A DNA stretch of 64,000 nucleotides from Glaucostegus cemiculus (Eukaryota), in NCBI GenBank assembly GCA_976551045.1, contig CDPCPM010000014.1, forward strand, positions 12,958,001 to 13,022,000. Direction: 5' to 3'. Numbering within the stretch: the first letter of the stretch is position 1; the number at the start of each line of letters is the position of its first letter. The notes beneath the pieces were generated by a model that had not been told where the DNA came from, did no database searches, and saw nothing but the letters and a program-made list of their open reading frames with translations. The position numbers were made by a program, and so were the translations under genes. Of the stretch, positions 63,296 to 64,000 are shown piece by piece.

Positions 63296-64000
63296 TCTTA
63301 GCAATGAGCATGTTTATAACTCCTATAACACAATTTATATGTTTGTATACTCTGATATGTTTGGTTTTGCACATTCAATTAGTCTATATAGAGGCTTTAA
63401 AAGATATACACAACTCAGTCAAATTTTCATTGAGGTTTACAGAAACTGTACAAGGTATCAAATGCAGCAGAAGAGAACTTGTACATTTAACATGCACAGT
63501 CTCCTTTTGAGGTGGAAAATAGATTGAGAGTCTGAGACCAGGTGGCTAGAGGTACAGCATTATATTTGGATGGGGAAGGCAGTTTCAGGGCCAACTGTAA
63601 TCAGTTCCAACACCCGGTTCCACTAACTGGGGCCTGCTTAAGCAATTCCCCCGTTTGCATCACCAAAGCAGGTCTCACTTTCAAAATGAAAGCTCAGTTC
63701 TTCATGCAAAGGCTGTGCAATCATGACTGAATTTTAAAGATGTGGCATTGTATTCCATTGACATATACAGGAGTGCTTTTATATATTAACACATCTCATC
63801 TTCATTATAGATCCAGTAAGTACCAGAAGAGATTTCCAATAAGCTTCTATCAAATAGCACACGACATGATAGAATTTATAGGCCAACACCTCCAACATAA
63901 TAAAATATCAGAAAAAGCTTATAGAAGTCAGTTAAACTGCATATAACAAAGAATCATATCAGGAGCTATTAGGATTGCTGACCAAAAGCTTGGTCAAATG

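Overview
AT-rich vertebrate DNA, almost certainly from a cartilaginous fish (shark or ray), judged from its repeat content: many CR1 LINE fragments, Rex1/Babar and RTE LINEs, V-SINEs (HE1-like), Deu-domain SINEs (SacSINE1/AmnSINE1-like) and Penelope remnants. There is no intact cellular gene, rRNA, tRNA or CRISPR array, and every recognisable ORF in the track is a retroelement remnant. A few short segments with good splice sites (4115-4196, 9586-9634, possibly 9225+ and 21933+) may be exons of an unidentified + strand gene with large introns. Several repeat-free blocks carry Pbx-Hox, Meis and homeodomain motifs and look like conserved non-coding enhancers. The most unusual structures are: palindromic Penelope-derived units with hammerhead-ribozyme cores; a 638-bp solo LTR with a perfect 5-bp TSD inside an RTE LINE; a 5'-intact CR1 with an in-frame deletion of its RT, joined to a second CR1 inside one candidate TSD; a CR1 with a twin-priming-like 5' inversion; and V-SINEs with two different LINE-matched tails. 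All family assignments are by eye, from recalled motifs, and boundaries are approximate unless stated.
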